Below, piece by piece: positions 22,617 through 33,232 of a DNA stretch of 64,000 nt (position 1 is its first letter; each line of letters begins with the position of its first letter). The stretch is from an uncultured Porphyromonadaceae bacterium (GTDB taxonomy: Bacteria; Bacteroidota; Bacteroidia; Bacteroidales; UBA11471). The position numbers and the translations under genes were made by a program. The DNA lies in assembly GCA_900547555.1 (NCBI GenBank), contig URHG01000007.1, positions 454-64,453 of the forward strand. The letters run 5' to 3'. A model generated the notes under the pieces. That model did not search any database. It saw only the letters and a list, made by a program, of their open reading frames with translations, and had not been told where the DNA came from.

Positions 22617-24878
22617 ATGAAGCTATATATTATATCGAACAGACTACCCGTCAAGGTAACAGGAGAAGCCGGAGCATTTATTTTTTCCAGAAGTGAAGGA
22701 GGACTGGCCACCGGTCTGGATTCCTTGAATACAGCTTACGAAAAACATTGGATCGGTTGGCCGGGAATATGCGTCGAAAAAAAAGAGGAACAAGCCGAAA
22801 TCGGTTCCCAACTCGAAAAACTCAATTTTCACCCCGTATTCCTCACAGACTCACAAATTACGAATTACTATGAGGGATATAGCAACAGTACGATATGGCC
22901 TTTATGCCACTATTTTTACGTTTATACATTATACAGAAACAGTTTTTGGCAAGCCTATCAGGAAGTAAACCGTCGTTTCTGCGAGGAGATATGCAAACTG
23001 GTCCAACCCGATGATAAAATATGGGTACAAGATTACCAACTCATGTTGCTTCCGGGTATGTTGAGAGAGGTGATGCCACATCTTTGCATAGGATATTTTC
23101 ATCATATACCATTCCCCTCTTACGAACTCTTCCGCATTTTACCCGAGCGGGCAGAAATATTGCGGGGTCTTTTGGGTGCGGACTTTATAGCATTTCACAC
23201 GCCCGATTATATGCGACACTTCATCAGTGCCGTGCAACGTATATTACGTATCGACTTTCAACTCGACGAATGTATGCTTTCCAATCGGGTAGTCCGAGTC
23301 GATGCTCTTCCTATGGGAATCAACTATGATCTTTATCATGAGGCTGTATCGAAAACAACCGTACGAGAAGCCATCGAAAAATATCGAAAACTCTTCGGAA
23401 ATAGAAAATTGCTATTATCGGTAGATCGGTTGGATTACAGCAAAGGTATTCTGCATCGTTTGCAAGGATTCGCCGCATTTCTCGAACATCACCCCGAATA
23501 TCGCGGTAAGGTCTCTTTATCGATGGTTATTGTCCCGTCCCGGGATCATGTCGGCAGTTATGCCGAATTAAAAACCAAAATCGATGAAGAAATAGGCTCT
23601 ATCAACGGCCGATATTCGACAATGGACTGGACGCCGGTATGTTATTTTTATCACGGATTCCCTTTTGAAGAATTGGTAGCGTTATATTACGTAGCCGATG
23701 TTGCGGTGGTTACGCCCTTGCGGGACGGAATGAACCTCGTCGCCAAAGAATATATTGCCGTCAAAGACGGGAATCCCGGTGTACTCATACTGAGTGAAAT
23801 GGCTGGTGCTGCTGTAGAAATGACCGATGCCCTGCTGGTCAACCCGAACGATACGGATCAAATCGAAAATGCAATTTATCAAGCTCTCGAAATGCCCGAT
23901 TTAGAACAACAATGGCGTCTTAATCGTATGCAAAAACTTATCTCTACGCAAACGGTCGAACGATGGGCCGGAAATTTTATCGATGAATGGGAACAAACTT
24001 ACATAAAGAACAGAGAGTTGTATGAGAAATGCCTCTCTAAATCGGCCGTCAATACAATCAAGCAAAGCTACCGCCAAGCGAAAGAACGTCTTATTTTATT
24101 AGACTATGACGGTACATTGGCTCCGATATGCAATAAACCTGAAGAGGCAAAACCTACAACCGAACTCATGGCAACACTGCGGCAACTGACCGATGACCCA
24201 TCTAATAAAGTGGTTGTCAACAGCGGTCGGGATCACGGTACACTCGAAAAATGGCTCGGGAATTTACATATTTCACTGGCCGCCGAACATGGTGCTTATT
24301 ATAAAGAAAACGGGGAGTGGATAAACAAAGTACACCAGAACGAGTGGAGTTCCGGATTACTGTCGATATTGAAATTATTCGTCGAAAAAACACCCCATTC
24401 CCACTTAGAAATCAAAGATACGGCGTTGGCATGGCATTACAGGGAATGCGATGCTTGGCTCGGCACCCTTAGGGCCCAACAACTTACCAATGCTCTTATT
24501 TCTATTTGCCTGAAACAAAAACTGGAAATCATACAAGGCAATAAAGTTATCGAAATAAAATCACCCGATTATAATAAAGGATCGGAAGTCGCCCGACAAT
24601 TACAACACGGGAACTACGACTTCATCATCGCTATGGGCGACGATACCACCGATAACGACATGTTCGAGGCTCTGCCGCAAAAAGCGTTCACCATAAAAGT
24701 CGGTAATGTTTCCGAGACGGCCCGGTATAACATACCGGAACAAAAAGATGTATTGCCATTTTTACAAACATTGGCTGATGAAAAAAGTGTTCATCAATAT
24801 AGAGAGCCTAAGGTACAACTGAAATCGGCAATGGATTTTTTCAAAGGATTACTGAAAACCTATAAAAAAGAATCGTAA
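22617..24878 (+). CDS. otsAB: bifunctional trehalose-6-phosphate synthase / phosphatase
   Basis: N-terminal GT20 (IISNRLP, GGLATGL, GWPG). C-terminal HAD phosphatase ([18 protein letters not shown]). Start taken at ATG 22617. Confidence 0.9.
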   Translation: MKLYIISNRLPVKVTGEAGAFIFSRSEGGLATGLDSLNTAYEKHWIGWPGICVEKKEEQAEIGSQLEKLNFHPVFLTDSQITNYYEGYSNSTIWPLCHYFYVYTLYRNSFWQAYQEVNRRFCEEICKLVQPDDKIWVQDYQLMLLPGMLREVMPHLCIGYFHHIPFPSYELFRILPERAEILRGLLGADFIAFHTPDYMRHFISAVQRILRIDFQLDECMLSNRVVRVDALPMGINYDLYHEAVSKTTVREAIEKYRKLFGNRKLLLSVDRLDYSKGILHRLQGFAAFLEHHPEYRGKVSLSMVIVPSRDHVGSYAELKTKIDEEIGSINGRYSTMDWTPVCYFYHGFPFEELVALYYVADVAVVTPLRDGMNLVAKEYIAVKDGNPGVLILSEMAGAAVEMTDALLVNPNDTDQIENAIYQALEMPDLEQQWRLNRMQKLISTQTVERWAGNFIDEWEQTYIKNRELYEKCLSKSAVNTIKQSYRQAKERLILLDYDGTLAPICNKPEEAKPTTELMATLRQLTDDPSNKVVVNSGRDHGTLEKWLGNLHISLAAEHGAYYKENGEWINKVHQNEWSSGLLSILKLFVEKTPHSHLEIKDTALAWHYRECDAWLGTLRAQQLTNALISICLKQKLEIIQGNKVIEIKSPDYNKGSEVARQLQHGNYDFIIAMGDDTTDNDMFEALPQKAFTIKVGNVSETARYNIPEQKDVLPFLQTLADEKSVHQYREPKVQLKSAMDFFKGLLKTYKKES

Positions 24879-26669
24879 ATGAACAATCTGAATTACGGAA
24901 TTATCGGTAATTGTCGCACAGCGGCACTTATTTCAGAGAAAGGAAATATCGAATGGTTGTGTTTCCCTGAATTCGACTCTCCCTCGGTATTCGCCGCATT
25001 GCTCGACCGTGAAAAAGGCGGTTGTTTCGGGTTCGAAGTTTCTGAAAAATATCATACCGTACAATCATATATCCCCCATACCAATATTCTTTCTACCCAA
25101 TTCATATCGGACGAAGGAGAATTTGTCGTCTTAGATTTCATGCCGTACTACCGTTCCGAAAACAACGAACATTATTTACCAGCAGAATTATATCGCTATA
25201 TCCATAAAATCAAAGGAGAACCTCGATTCAGAATCAACTACTCCCCTGCCCCGAATTATGCACAAGGGAAAGTTATCCATAATATCACTCCCGATTTTAT
25301 CGAAAGCTATTGCTCTCTCGATAATGCCGACCGGCAATATCTTTATTCCTCACTTCCCCTGAAAGAGATCGAGCAAAAGAAAGAATTTCTTCTTGAAAAA
25401 GATGAATTTCTCTTATTATCCTATAATGAAAAAGTAATACCCGTCGACCTCGAACGGGAAAAACTCGAATATTGCCGTACGCTGGTACACTGGCTCAACT
25501 GGAGCAGCCGCACAAAGAAATACTCCCTATACAACGATGTCATAGAAAGAAGTCTGTTGGTTCTCAAATTGATGTCGCATTACAACGGTGCAGAATTAGC
25601 AGCTATCACAACGAGTATTCCCGAAACAATAGGTGAAGTACGTAATTGGGATTATCGGTTTTGTTGGTTGAGAGATGCTTCCATGTCCATAGAAACACTT
25701 TTCCAAATAGGTCATGCCGGAGCCGCTCGACGCTTTATGAAATTTATACAATCGACTTTTACCGCCAAGCATGAATCGTTCCAAATCATGTACGGTATCA
25801 GAGGAGAACGGCACTTGACAGAAGTGATTCTCGATCATCTTTCGGGATATAAAGATTCCAAACCCGTACGTATCGGAAACGATGCTTACCATCAGAAACA
25901 AAATGATTCTTTCGGATATTTGATGGATCTGATTTATCAATATTACCGATTGATGCCGGGTTCGCTCGATGAGATAGAAGATATGTGGGAAATGGTGAAA
26001 AGTATTTTGTACACTGTTTCCAACGATTGGCGCAAGCCCGACAAAGGTATTTGGGAGATACGCGGAGAAGAGCACCATTTCGTATCATCGAAAGTCATGT
26101 GCTGGGTAGCTTTGGACAGAGGAGCCAAGATTGCCCAAATGTTGAACAAAGGCAGTTTTCGAGAACGATGGCAACAAGAAGCCGACAAAATACGAAAAGA
26201 CGTATTTGAAAACGGATGGAAAGAAAATATCCAAAGTTTTACCCAAACATACGACAACGAAGCTATGGACGCCTCTTTACTTCTCATGGAACCTTACGGT
26301 TTTATAGGAGCAGACGATATACGTTATCATAAAACGGTAAAAGCGGTGAAAAAAGCTCTGTTGCACAAAGGTTTGATGTACAGATATAACAGCAAAGACG
26401 ACTTCGGATTACCCTCTTCGGCTTTTACCATCTGCACATTTTGGCTCGTACGGGCACTCTTCGTCATCGGGGAAAAAGCCGAAGCCCGATGCCTATTCGA
26501 CGAAATCCTCAAATATTCCAATCATTTAGGTCTATTCAGTGAAGATTTGGATTTCGATACAAAAGAGCAATTGGGAAATTTTCCCCAAGCTTATTCCCAT
26601 TTGGCCTTAGTAAATACGGCAATTCTCTTTGCCGAAGAAGACAAAACACAACAATTCATTCGATCATAA
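24879..26669 (+). CDS. glycoside hydrolase family 15 (glucoamylase/trehalase-like)
   Basis: YGIIGNCRTAALI at the N terminus and a WLRDAS motif. The ATG abuts the otsAB stop codon. Confidence 0.85.
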   Translation: MNNLNYGIIGNCRTAALISEKGNIEWLCFPEFDSPSVFAALLDREKGGCFGFEVSEKYHTVQSYIPHTNILSTQFISDEGEFVVLDFMPYYRSENNEHYLPAELYRYIHKIKGEPRFRINYSPAPNYAQGKVIHNITPDFIESYCSLDNADRQYLYSSLPLKEIEQKKEFLLEKDEFLLLSYNEKVIPVDLEREKLEYCRTLVHWLNWSSRTKKYSLYNDVIERSLLVLKLMSHYNGAELAAITTSIPETIGEVRNWDYRFCWLRDASMSIETLFQIGHAGAARRFMKFIQSTFTAKHESFQIMYGIRGERHLTEVILDHLSGYKDSKPVRIGNDAYHQKQNDSFGYLMDLIYQYYRLMPGSLDEIEDMWEMVKSILYTVSNDWRKPDKGIWEIRGEEHHFVSSKVMCWVALDRGAKIAQMLNKGSFRERWQQEADKIRKDVFENGWKENIQSFTQTYDNEAMDASLLLMEPYGFIGADDIRYHKTVKAVKKALLHKGLMYRYNSKDDFGLPSSAFTICTFWLVRALFVIGEKAEARCLFDEILKYSNHLGLFSEDLDFDTKEQLGNFPQAYSHLALVNTAILFAEEDKTQQFIRS

Positions 26670-26758
26670 AAATTTATTAATAATAAACCCAAACTTCATT
26701 CATTTTTTCTACCGAATGGTATAATTTCAATTTTTTACATTGCTCCATTTGCTTTCCA

Positions 26759-26799
26759 GACACGGCTCATTTGTGATAAATCAGCCGTGTCGCTTTTTT
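26759..26799 (+). terminator. rho-independent terminator after GH15
   Basis: GACACGGCT ... AGCCGTGTC stem followed by GCTTTTTT. Confidence 0.7.
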
Positions 26800-26880
26800 A
26801 TGTATATCCTAAGAAAACGACAAAAACACAAGCCTTCATCACTTTCTATCAAAAAAAAGAACAGACTCGAAAGTTTTTTC

Positions 26881-26888
26881 TACCTTTG
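26881..26888 (+). promoter_or_regulatory. -7 promoter box TACCTTTG driving the riboswitch leader
   Basis: Exact TAnnTTTG match 5 nt before the first riboswitch stem. Confidence 0.45.
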
Positions 26889-26892
26889 CACC

Positions 26893-27069
26893 TGAATTGG
26901 TTTCGGGAATTCATTCGGGTTCTCGAATTAAAAGGGAATCGGGTGCAAATCCAGAACAGTCCCGCTGCTGTGAAGCTCCGCTCGAATTTTCCGAGATAAT
27001 ACCCCATGCCACTGATCAAATCGGGAAGGCATTCGGAAAAAAGGAGTCAGTCAGAAGACCTGCCATTCA
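26893..27069 (+). promoter_or_regulatory. cobalamin (B12) riboswitch
   Basis: Core AAAAGGGAATCGGGTGCAAATCCAGAACAGTCCCGCTGCTGT. GCCACTG...GGGAAGGC. B12 box AGTCAGTCAGAAGACCTGCC. Closing helix TGAATTGG / CCATTCA. Confidence 0.85.
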
Positions 27070-27259
27070 TTAAATGCTGCTTTTAACTCGTGGGATTAGG
27101 AAAGCTGTCAAAAATATTATCGAACTTGCATAGCCATATATCCCCGCCAAATTCCAAAAGAAAAATGGCGGGTAGGGAATGTCATAATTTTACCGATTGT
27201 CCTATATCGAAATACGGACAATATTCATTTAGAGTCAATTTCAATTTAAATAAAATTTT

Positions 27260-28771
27260 ATGATTCAGAAAATTTTGATTGCCAACCGAGGAGAAATTGC
27301 CGTACGCATCATGCGTTCGTGCAAAGAAATGGGCATTCGCACCGTCGCAGTCTTTTCGGAAGCCGATCGTACATCGAAACACGTCATGTACGCCGACGAA
27401 GCTTGCCTGATCGGGCCTGCTGCCTCTCATGAAAGTTACCTGAACATCGACAATATCATCAAAGCAGCCAAACTGCACCACGCCGATGCCATACACCCGG
27501 GCTACGGTTTTCTATCGGAAAATGCCGAATTTGCCCGCCGTTGTAAAAAAGAAGGTATCATATTCATCGGCCCGGCGGCTGAAACGATGGAAGCAATGGG
27601 CGATAAAATTTCGGCCCGTAAACGCATGATTGCGGCGGGAGTACCTGTCGTCCCGGGAACCGAACAACCGCTGCAAAGCGGAGAGGAAGCCGTGCGTATC
27701 TGCAAAGAGATAGGTTTTCCCGTGATGCTGAAAGCATCTATGGGTGGAGGCGGTAAGGGCATGCGCCTTATCCACAGCGAAGACGAAGTACTGGAAGCCT
27801 ACAACACAGCACGTTCGGAGTCGATGTCGTCATTCGGCGACGATACGGTATATCTCGAAAAATTCGTAGAAGAACCCCACCATATCGAATTTCAGATTTT
27901 AGGAGACAATCACGGCAACGTGATACACCTTTTCGACAGGGAATGCTCGGTGCAGCGTCGACACCAAAAAATCGTAGAAGAAAGCCCTTCCCCATTCCTC
28001 ACTCCCGAACTGCGGAAAGAGATGGGCGAAAAAGCCGTAGCTGCAGCCAAAGCCGTGAATTACTCCGGAGCGGGAACCATCGAATTCCTCGTAGACAAAC
28101 ATCGGAATTTCTACTTCCTCGAAATGAATACCCGCCTGCAAGTCGAACACCCCATTACCGAAGAGGTTTGCGGTGTAGACCTTGTAAAGGAGCAAATACG
28201 TGTCGCCAACGATGAAGTATTGCATCTCAAACAAGAGGATCTCCTGCAACGCGGTCATGCTATCGAGTGCCGTATATGCGCCGAAGACACCGAAAACAAT
28301 TTCCTTCCGTCGCCGGGTATCATCAAACAACTCACCGAACCGAACGGTATCGGTGTACGCATCGACAGTTATGTATATGAAGGGTACGAAATACCTATTT
28401 ACTACGATCCGATGATAGGAAAGCTGATCGTATGGGCCACTACCCGCCAATATGCCATAGAACGTATGCGCCGCGTATTGTACGAATACAAAATCACCGG
28501 ATTGAAAACCAATCTCAGTTATCTGAAACGCATCATGCATACTCCCGACTTCGTACGAGGCGAATATAACACGCTCTTTATCGAAAAGAATGCCCGCATG
28601 TTGCAACGGAACAACAGCAACAATGAAGAAATCGAGAATCTGGCCATGATCGCCGCCTATATCGATTACCTCATGAACTTGGAGGAGAATACTCCTGCGC
28701 AACTGACCGATGCGCGCCCCATCAGCCGATGGCGCGAATTCGGACTACAAAAAGGTGTTTTACGTATCTAA
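27260..28771 (+). CDS. accC: biotin carboxylase subunit of an acyl-CoA carboxylase
   Basis: ILIANRGEIAVRI, KASMGGGGKGMR, EMNTRLQVEHP; ATP-grasp layout. Confidence 0.9.
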   Translation: MIQKILIANRGEIAVRIMRSCKEMGIRTVAVFSEADRTSKHVMYADEACLIGPAASHESYLNIDNIIKAAKLHHADAIHPGYGFLSENAEFARRCKKEGIIFIGPAAETMEAMGDKISARKRMIAAGVPVVPGTEQPLQSGEEAVRICKEIGFPVMLKASMGGGGKGMRLIHSEDEVLEAYNTARSESMSSFGDDTVYLEKFVEEPHHIEFQILGDNHGNVIHLFDRECSVQRRHQKIVEESPSPFLTPELRKEMGEKAVAAAKAVNYSGAGTIEFLVDKHRNFYFLEMNTRLQVEHPITEEVCGVDLVKEQIRVANDEVLHLKQEDLLQRGHAIECRICAEDTENNFLPSPGIIKQLTEPNGIGVRIDSYVYEGYEIPIYYDPMIGKLIVWATTRQYAIERMRRVLYEYKITGLKTNLSYLKRIMHTPDFVRGEYNTLFIEKNARMLQRNNSNNEEIENLAMIAAYIDYLMNLEENTPAQLTDARPISRWREFGLQKGVLRI

Positions 28772-28783
28772 GAGAAAATAACA

Positions 28784-29299
28784 ATGGAAATACATATAGG
28801 AAACCGGGTGGCCGACGTTTCGCTGGTCAACAAAGAAGGCAACAAAGTGCAGCTTACCATCGACGGAAAACCTTATGATGTCGATATCGTCATGGCCGAA
28901 AACGGCAGTTGCTCTATTCTGCACGAGGGTAATTCCTACAATGCAGAACTCATTCAAAAAGAAAGCAAGAAAAGTTACGATGTGAATATTTTCTACCGTT
29001 CGTACCGAATAGATATTGTCGATACTCAGGCAAAATATCTGCGTATGAAAAAAGGCGACGATACCCGCCAAGATGATAAAATCATCGCCCCGATGCCCGG
29101 TAAAGTAGTAAAAATACCGGTACAGAAAGGCGATCATCTGCAAGCCGGCGATATTGTCATCGTACTCGAAGCGATGAAAATGCAAAGCAATTACAAGGTG
29201 AATTCGGAATGTATCGTCAAGGACATTTTGGTGAACGAAGGCGATTCGGTAAACGGAAATCAGACATTGATTCTATTGGAAATCATAAATAACGACTAA
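28784..29299 (+). CDS. biotin carboxyl carrier (biotin/lipoyl attachment) protein
   Basis: C-terminal biotinylation motif EAMKMQ. Confidence 0.8.
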   Translation: MEIHIGNRVADVSLVNKEGNKVQLTIDGKPYDVDIVMAENGSCSILHEGNSYNAELIQKESKKSYDVNIFYRSYRIDIVDTQAKYLRMKKGDDTRQDDKIIAPMPGKVVKIPVQKGDHLQAGDIVIVLEAMKMQSNYKVNSECIVKDILVNEGDSVNGNQTLILLEIINND

Positions 29300-29304
29300 A
29301 AGCA

Positions 29305-30837
29305 ATGGAAAGAGAAAAAATATACGAAGAATTCGAGGACCTCGATAAAAAAGCTTCTCAGGGCGGAGGTCTCGACAAAATAGAAAAACAGCATGAATCG
29401 GGACGTATGACCGCCCGCGAACGTATCGATATGCTGCTCGATAAAGGGACGTTCAACGAACTCGATAAATTCGTTACGCACCGGTGCACCCACTTCGGAA
29501 TGGAGAAAAAACAAATTCCCGGAGACGGTATGGTTACAGGATACGGAAAAATCGACGGACGTCTGGTATTCATCTATGCCTATGATTTCACGGCACACGG
29601 AGGTTCTCTCAGCGAAAGCAATGCCGCCAAAATCGTGAAAGTCCAACAACTGGCCTTGAAAAACGGAGCACCCATCATCGCGCTCAACGACTCGGGGGGA
29701 GCTCGCATACAAGAAGGTGTAAACAGTCTCTCGGGATATGCCTCGATTTTCTATCAAAACACGATCGCTTCGGGGGTTATTCCTCAAATCTCCGCTATTC
29801 TCGGTCCTTGTGCCGGAGGTGCTTGCTACTCTCCCGCCCTCACCGACTTCATCTTCATGGTAAAAGAGAAGAGCCACATGTTCATCACCGGCCCTGATGT
29901 TGTAAAGGCCGTTACACACGAAGAAGTCGGTAAAGAAGAGTTGGGCGGCGCATATACACACAGCAGTAAAAGCGGTGTTACCCATTTCATGTGCGAAACC
30001 GAGGAAGAAACGCTCATGCACATCAAGGAATTGCTCAGCTTTCTCCCATCGAACAATATGGAAGATGCTCCCATCGTCGCTTGTACCGATGATGTACATC
30101 GCCAAGTCGAAGAGTTGCAGACCGTCATACCCGAAGACTCGAACATGCCTTATGACATTAAAGACATTATCGAACCGGTAGTAGATGACCAGTATTTTTT
30201 CGAAATCATGCCGCATTTCGCAAAGAACATCGTTATCGGATTTGCCCGTTTGGGTGGACGGACGGTAGGTATTGTCGCCAATCAACCGGCTTATCTTGCA
30301 GGAGTCCTCGACATCGACGCATCGGACAAAGCAGCTCGCTTCATTCGTTTCTGCGACTGTTTCAATATTCCTATCATTACTTTCGAAGACGTTCCCGGAT
30401 TCCTTCCCGGAACCATACAAGAGCATAACGGTATCATACGCCACGGAGCCAAAATCGTCTACGCTTATGCCGAGGCGACTGTTCCCAAAGTAACGCTTAT
30501 CACTCGAAAAGCATACGGAGGTGCTTATATCGTCATGTCGAGCAAGCAGACGGGGGCTGATGTCAATCTGGCTTACCCGCAATCCGAAATTGCCGTCATG
30601 GGAGCGGAAGGAGCCGTCAATATTCTTTATCGGAAAGCTACTCCGGAAGAAAAAGCCGAAAAAATCAAAGAATACGAATCGGAAATCTCAAATCCCTATC
30701 GGGCGGCCGAACGCGGATATATCGATGAAATCATTATGCCGCGCGATACCCGTTGGAAACTTATACAGGCTTTGAATATGTGTTCGAACAAGAATCAGAG
30801 CAATCCTCCCAAGAAACACGGGAATATGCCTTTATAA
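29305..30837 (+). CDS. acyl-CoA carboxylase carboxyltransferase (propionyl-CoA carboxylase beta / methylmalonyl-CoA carboxyltransferase type)
   Basis: 510 aa with DSGGARIQEG and the typical duplicated crotonase-like halves. Confidence 0.9.
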   Translation: MEREKIYEEFEDLDKKASQGGGLDKIEKQHESGRMTARERIDMLLDKGTFNELDKFVTHRCTHFGMEKKQIPGDGMVTGYGKIDGRLVFIYAYDFTAHGGSLSESNAAKIVKVQQLALKNGAPIIALNDSGGARIQEGVNSLSGYASIFYQNTIASGVIPQISAILGPCAGGACYSPALTDFIFMVKEKSHMFITGPDVVKAVTHEEVGKEELGGAYTHSSKSGVTHFMCETEEETLMHIKELLSFLPSNNMEDAPIVACTDDVHRQVEELQTVIPEDSNMPYDIKDIIEPVVDDQYFFEIMPHFAKNIVIGFARLGGRTVGIVANQPAYLAGVLDIDASDKAARFIRFCDCFNIPIITFEDVPGFLPGTIQEHNGIIRHGAKIVYAYAEATVPKVTLITRKAYGGAYIVMSSKQTGADVNLAYPQSEIAVMGAEGAVNILYRKATPEEKAEKIKEYESEISNPYRAAERGYIDEIIMPRDTRWKLIQALNMCSNKNQSNPPKKHGNMPL

Positions 30838-30854
30838 AAACAAGGGAATTCTAT

Positions 30855-30894
30855 AAAACAAGAAGGGTAGGCTTTTGCCTACCCTTCTTGTTTT
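30855..30894. terminator. bidirectional terminator hairpin
   Basis: AAAACAAGAAGGGTAGGC TTTT GCCTACCCTTCTTGTTTT, a perfect 18-bp stem. Confidence 0.75.
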
Positions 30895-30928
30895 ATAACT
30901 GAACATCTATTCCCATGAAAATCTGTTG

Positions 30929-33112
30929 TTACCGAAGAAGTTGGGAGCGGAAGAAATCGATAAATCGCTTATACAAATGCGGACGGGAATTTCTCCCGTA
31001 AATACTGTGATTACGATCGGTGTACATCTGCATTTCAAATTGTTTGTCGGCAGCCACCAAAGCCTCGATATAACGGAGCATATTGGTATAATGCACATTA
31101 TCATCGGCCGTACCGGCAACAATCAAAAGATTGCCTGAAAGATGCTTCGCCCGGCACAACGGAGATGCGGCATCATACCCCTCGGCATTATCTTGCGGGA
31201 CAGACATATACCGTTCGGTATAGACCGTATCATAAAAACGCCAGTCGGTTACGGGAGCGATAGCGACTCCGGCCTTATACACATCTTTACTCATCGACAT
31301 CGACATGAGGGTTGTAAATCCACCGAAACTCCACCCCCAAATAGCGATACGCTCCGGATCTACATAAGACTGCGATGCCATATATCGGGCAGCGGCGATT
31401 TGATCTTGCGCCTCCAAAACCCCTAATCGACCGTATGTACAACTACGGAATGCCGTGCCCCGCGCACCGGTTCCCCGGCCATCGACGCAAGCGACAATAA
31501 ATCCCTGAGGCACCAATACCTGTTGCCAATCGGCCGAACTCCACGTATCGAGAACTTGTTGAGAACCGGGGCCGCTATATTGCATCATCACAACGGGATA
31601 ACGACGTGTAGAATCGAAATCGGCAGGTTTCATTATAAAACCGTTCAACACGATGCTATCGGCTGTCGTCATCGTAAAAAATTCTTTCCCGATAAAATCT
31701 TCGACCGGATAATCTGCATTATCTTCGAGAACACGGACAACCCGTTTCCTTTTTACATCATTGAGAGCGTACACCGGCGGTGTAGAGGTATTGCTGTATT
31801 GACTGATGTAGTAAGTACAAGAGGGATTAAACCAAGCCGAATTATTTCCTTTACGCACTGAAAGCTTCCGGCAACGCCCCTTTTTATCGACACAATACAC
31901 GGTCCGATATAACGGGCCTTCTTCGGTCGACTGATAGTAAATATTCCCTTTTGCATCACGACCGTAATAATCGGTTACCTCCCAATTTCCCGCCGTAACC
32001 GTACGCTGCAATTTCCCATCATAACCATATTGATATATATGACGATACCCCGTTTTCTCAGAGAAAGCCATGAAACAGTCGGGATAAAATACAGCCGACG
32101 TAATATCTTGTTCATTGATATACGTGTCGGACTTGTCTTCGTACAATAATCGGGAAGTATTGTCCTGTATATCCACCGCCAACAACCGAATGTGATTTTG
32201 CAGCCGGTTTATGGCGGTAACGACCCATTCTCCCGTCTTGGGTATAATTGTTATCGCCGGCAGATAGGTATCAACATCGACCGGCAAAACGACCGTTTCC
32301 AAATTTCCGGTATCTTCTTTCCATACTCGAAAAGAGACCTTACTGTTATCGGCTCCCGCCACGGGATATTTAAATCCGGCATATCGGGGATATACCTCTT
32401 GCGGTTCGCTATATGCCCCCGAAGACGAACAAAACATCTGCATGGGATATTCCTGCACTCCACTCTCATCGGTACGCACAAAAGCCAACGCCCGACTATC
32501 GGGCGACCATGCCATCAACCGGGTCTGGGCAAACTCCTCTTCATATACCCAGTCAGTAACCCCATTGAGTATCTTGTTTTTTTCTCCGTCCCGAGTAACC
32601 TGCGTTTCTGTACCGTCGAGCAAATTCTTTACATATATATTGTTTTCATGCACAAACGCCACCCGGGAACCATCGGGCGAAAGTGTTGCGATTTGCTGTT
32701 TGGGAAATCGCTCCGAAAGGGGTTGCAGCTTATTGCTTCCTACCGAGGTAAAATAGTAAGCCGCCCGAAACGAACGACGGTATATCATCTCCACATCGGT
32801 ATATACCAGCATACGATCTTCTTTACTGCCGAACGAATATCCCGCTATTGCTTTTACCGGTCTCCCGGGAACTTTTCCTACATTCAACAACGTATCGACG
32901 GCCTCTCCCGTCGCATAGGCATAGCGAACGATGCATGTACGGTCGGGCGACAAACATGTATAGTGCACACCGTCGGCAGAGGGGCGTATTCCCGCAACCG
33001 ATTTCACACGATATTTTCCCGAAAAGAGATCGTCTATTTCCATAGAGGAGAGCGGAACAACACTCATGGTCAAACCGACAAGCCACAAAATTTTAGGTAT
33101 ATTCAACTTCAT
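30929..33112 (-). CDS. S9B family dipeptidyl-peptidase IV
   Basis: Signal peptide, beta-propeller N-terminal half, catalytic GWSFGG serine, and DDNVH. Confidence 0.9.
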   Translation of the reverse strand: MKLNIPKILWLVGLTMSVVPLSSMEIDDLFSGKYRVKSVAGIRPSADGVHYTCLSPDRTCIVRYAYATGEAVDTLLNVGKVPGRPVKAIAGYSFGSKEDRMLVYTDVEMIYRRSFRAAYYFTSVGSNKLQPLSERFPKQQIATLSPDGSRVAFVHENNIYVKNLLDGTETQVTRDGEKNKILNGVTDWVYEEEFAQTRLMAWSPDSRALAFVRTDESGVQEYPMQMFCSSSGAYSEPQEVYPRYAGFKYPVAGADNSKVSFRVWKEDTGNLETVVLPVDVDTYLPAITIIPKTGEWVVTAINRLQNHIRLLAVDIQDNTSRLLYEDKSDTYINEQDITSAVFYPDCFMAFSEKTGYRHIYQYGYDGKLQRTVTAGNWEVTDYYGRDAKGNIYYQSTEEGPLYRTVYCVDKKGRCRKLSVRKGNNSAWFNPSCTYYISQYSNTSTPPVYALNDVKRKRVVRVLEDNADYPVEDFIGKEFFTMTTADSIVLNGFIMKPADFDSTRRYPVVMMQYSGPGSQQVLDTWSSADWQQVLVPQGFIVACVDGRGTGARGTAFRSCTYGRLGVLEAQDQIAAARYMASQSYVDPERIAIWGWSFGGFTTLMSMSMSKDVYKAGVAIAPVTDWRFYDTVYTERYMSVPQDNAEGYDAASPLCRAKHLSGNLLIVAGTADDNVHYTNMLRYIEALVAADKQFEMQMYTDRNHSIYGRNSRPHLYKRFIDFFRSQLLR

Positions 33113-33204
33113 AATTACATGGTATTATCACTACACAAAAGTAACGAATCATCGGCAAAGAGAAAAATTTCGAATGCAAATTGGCAGGAAGCTGTGAATT
33201 TTTC

Positions 33205-33212
33205 TACTTTTG
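33205..33212 (+). promoter_or_regulatory. -7 promoter box TACTTTTG upstream of nadE
   Basis: TAnnTTTG match 21 nt before the ATG at 33233. Confidence 0.4.
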
Positions 33213-33232
33213 CACATCTTGATACATTGACT

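Noticed and set aside
27141-27172. Hairpin CCCGCCA...TGGCGGG downstream of the riboswitch as its terminator
   Set aside because: The loop is 16 nt and no U tract follows, so I cannot call it an intrinsic terminator.
29296-30582. 428-aa minus-strand ORF
   Set aside because: It is fully antisense to the strongly supported carboxyltransferase gene and has no motifs, so it is a typical shadow ORF. The same reasoning applies to 8133-8666, 18340-19101, 27899-28702, 38756-39562, 43154-43741 and 58246-59094.
32192-33232. 5' extension of the nadE ORF giving a 988-aa product
   Set aside because: The extension runs antisense through the well-supported DPP-IV gene and has low-complexity composition. 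A TACTTTTG box plus the ATG at 33233 gives a normal 641-aa NadE.
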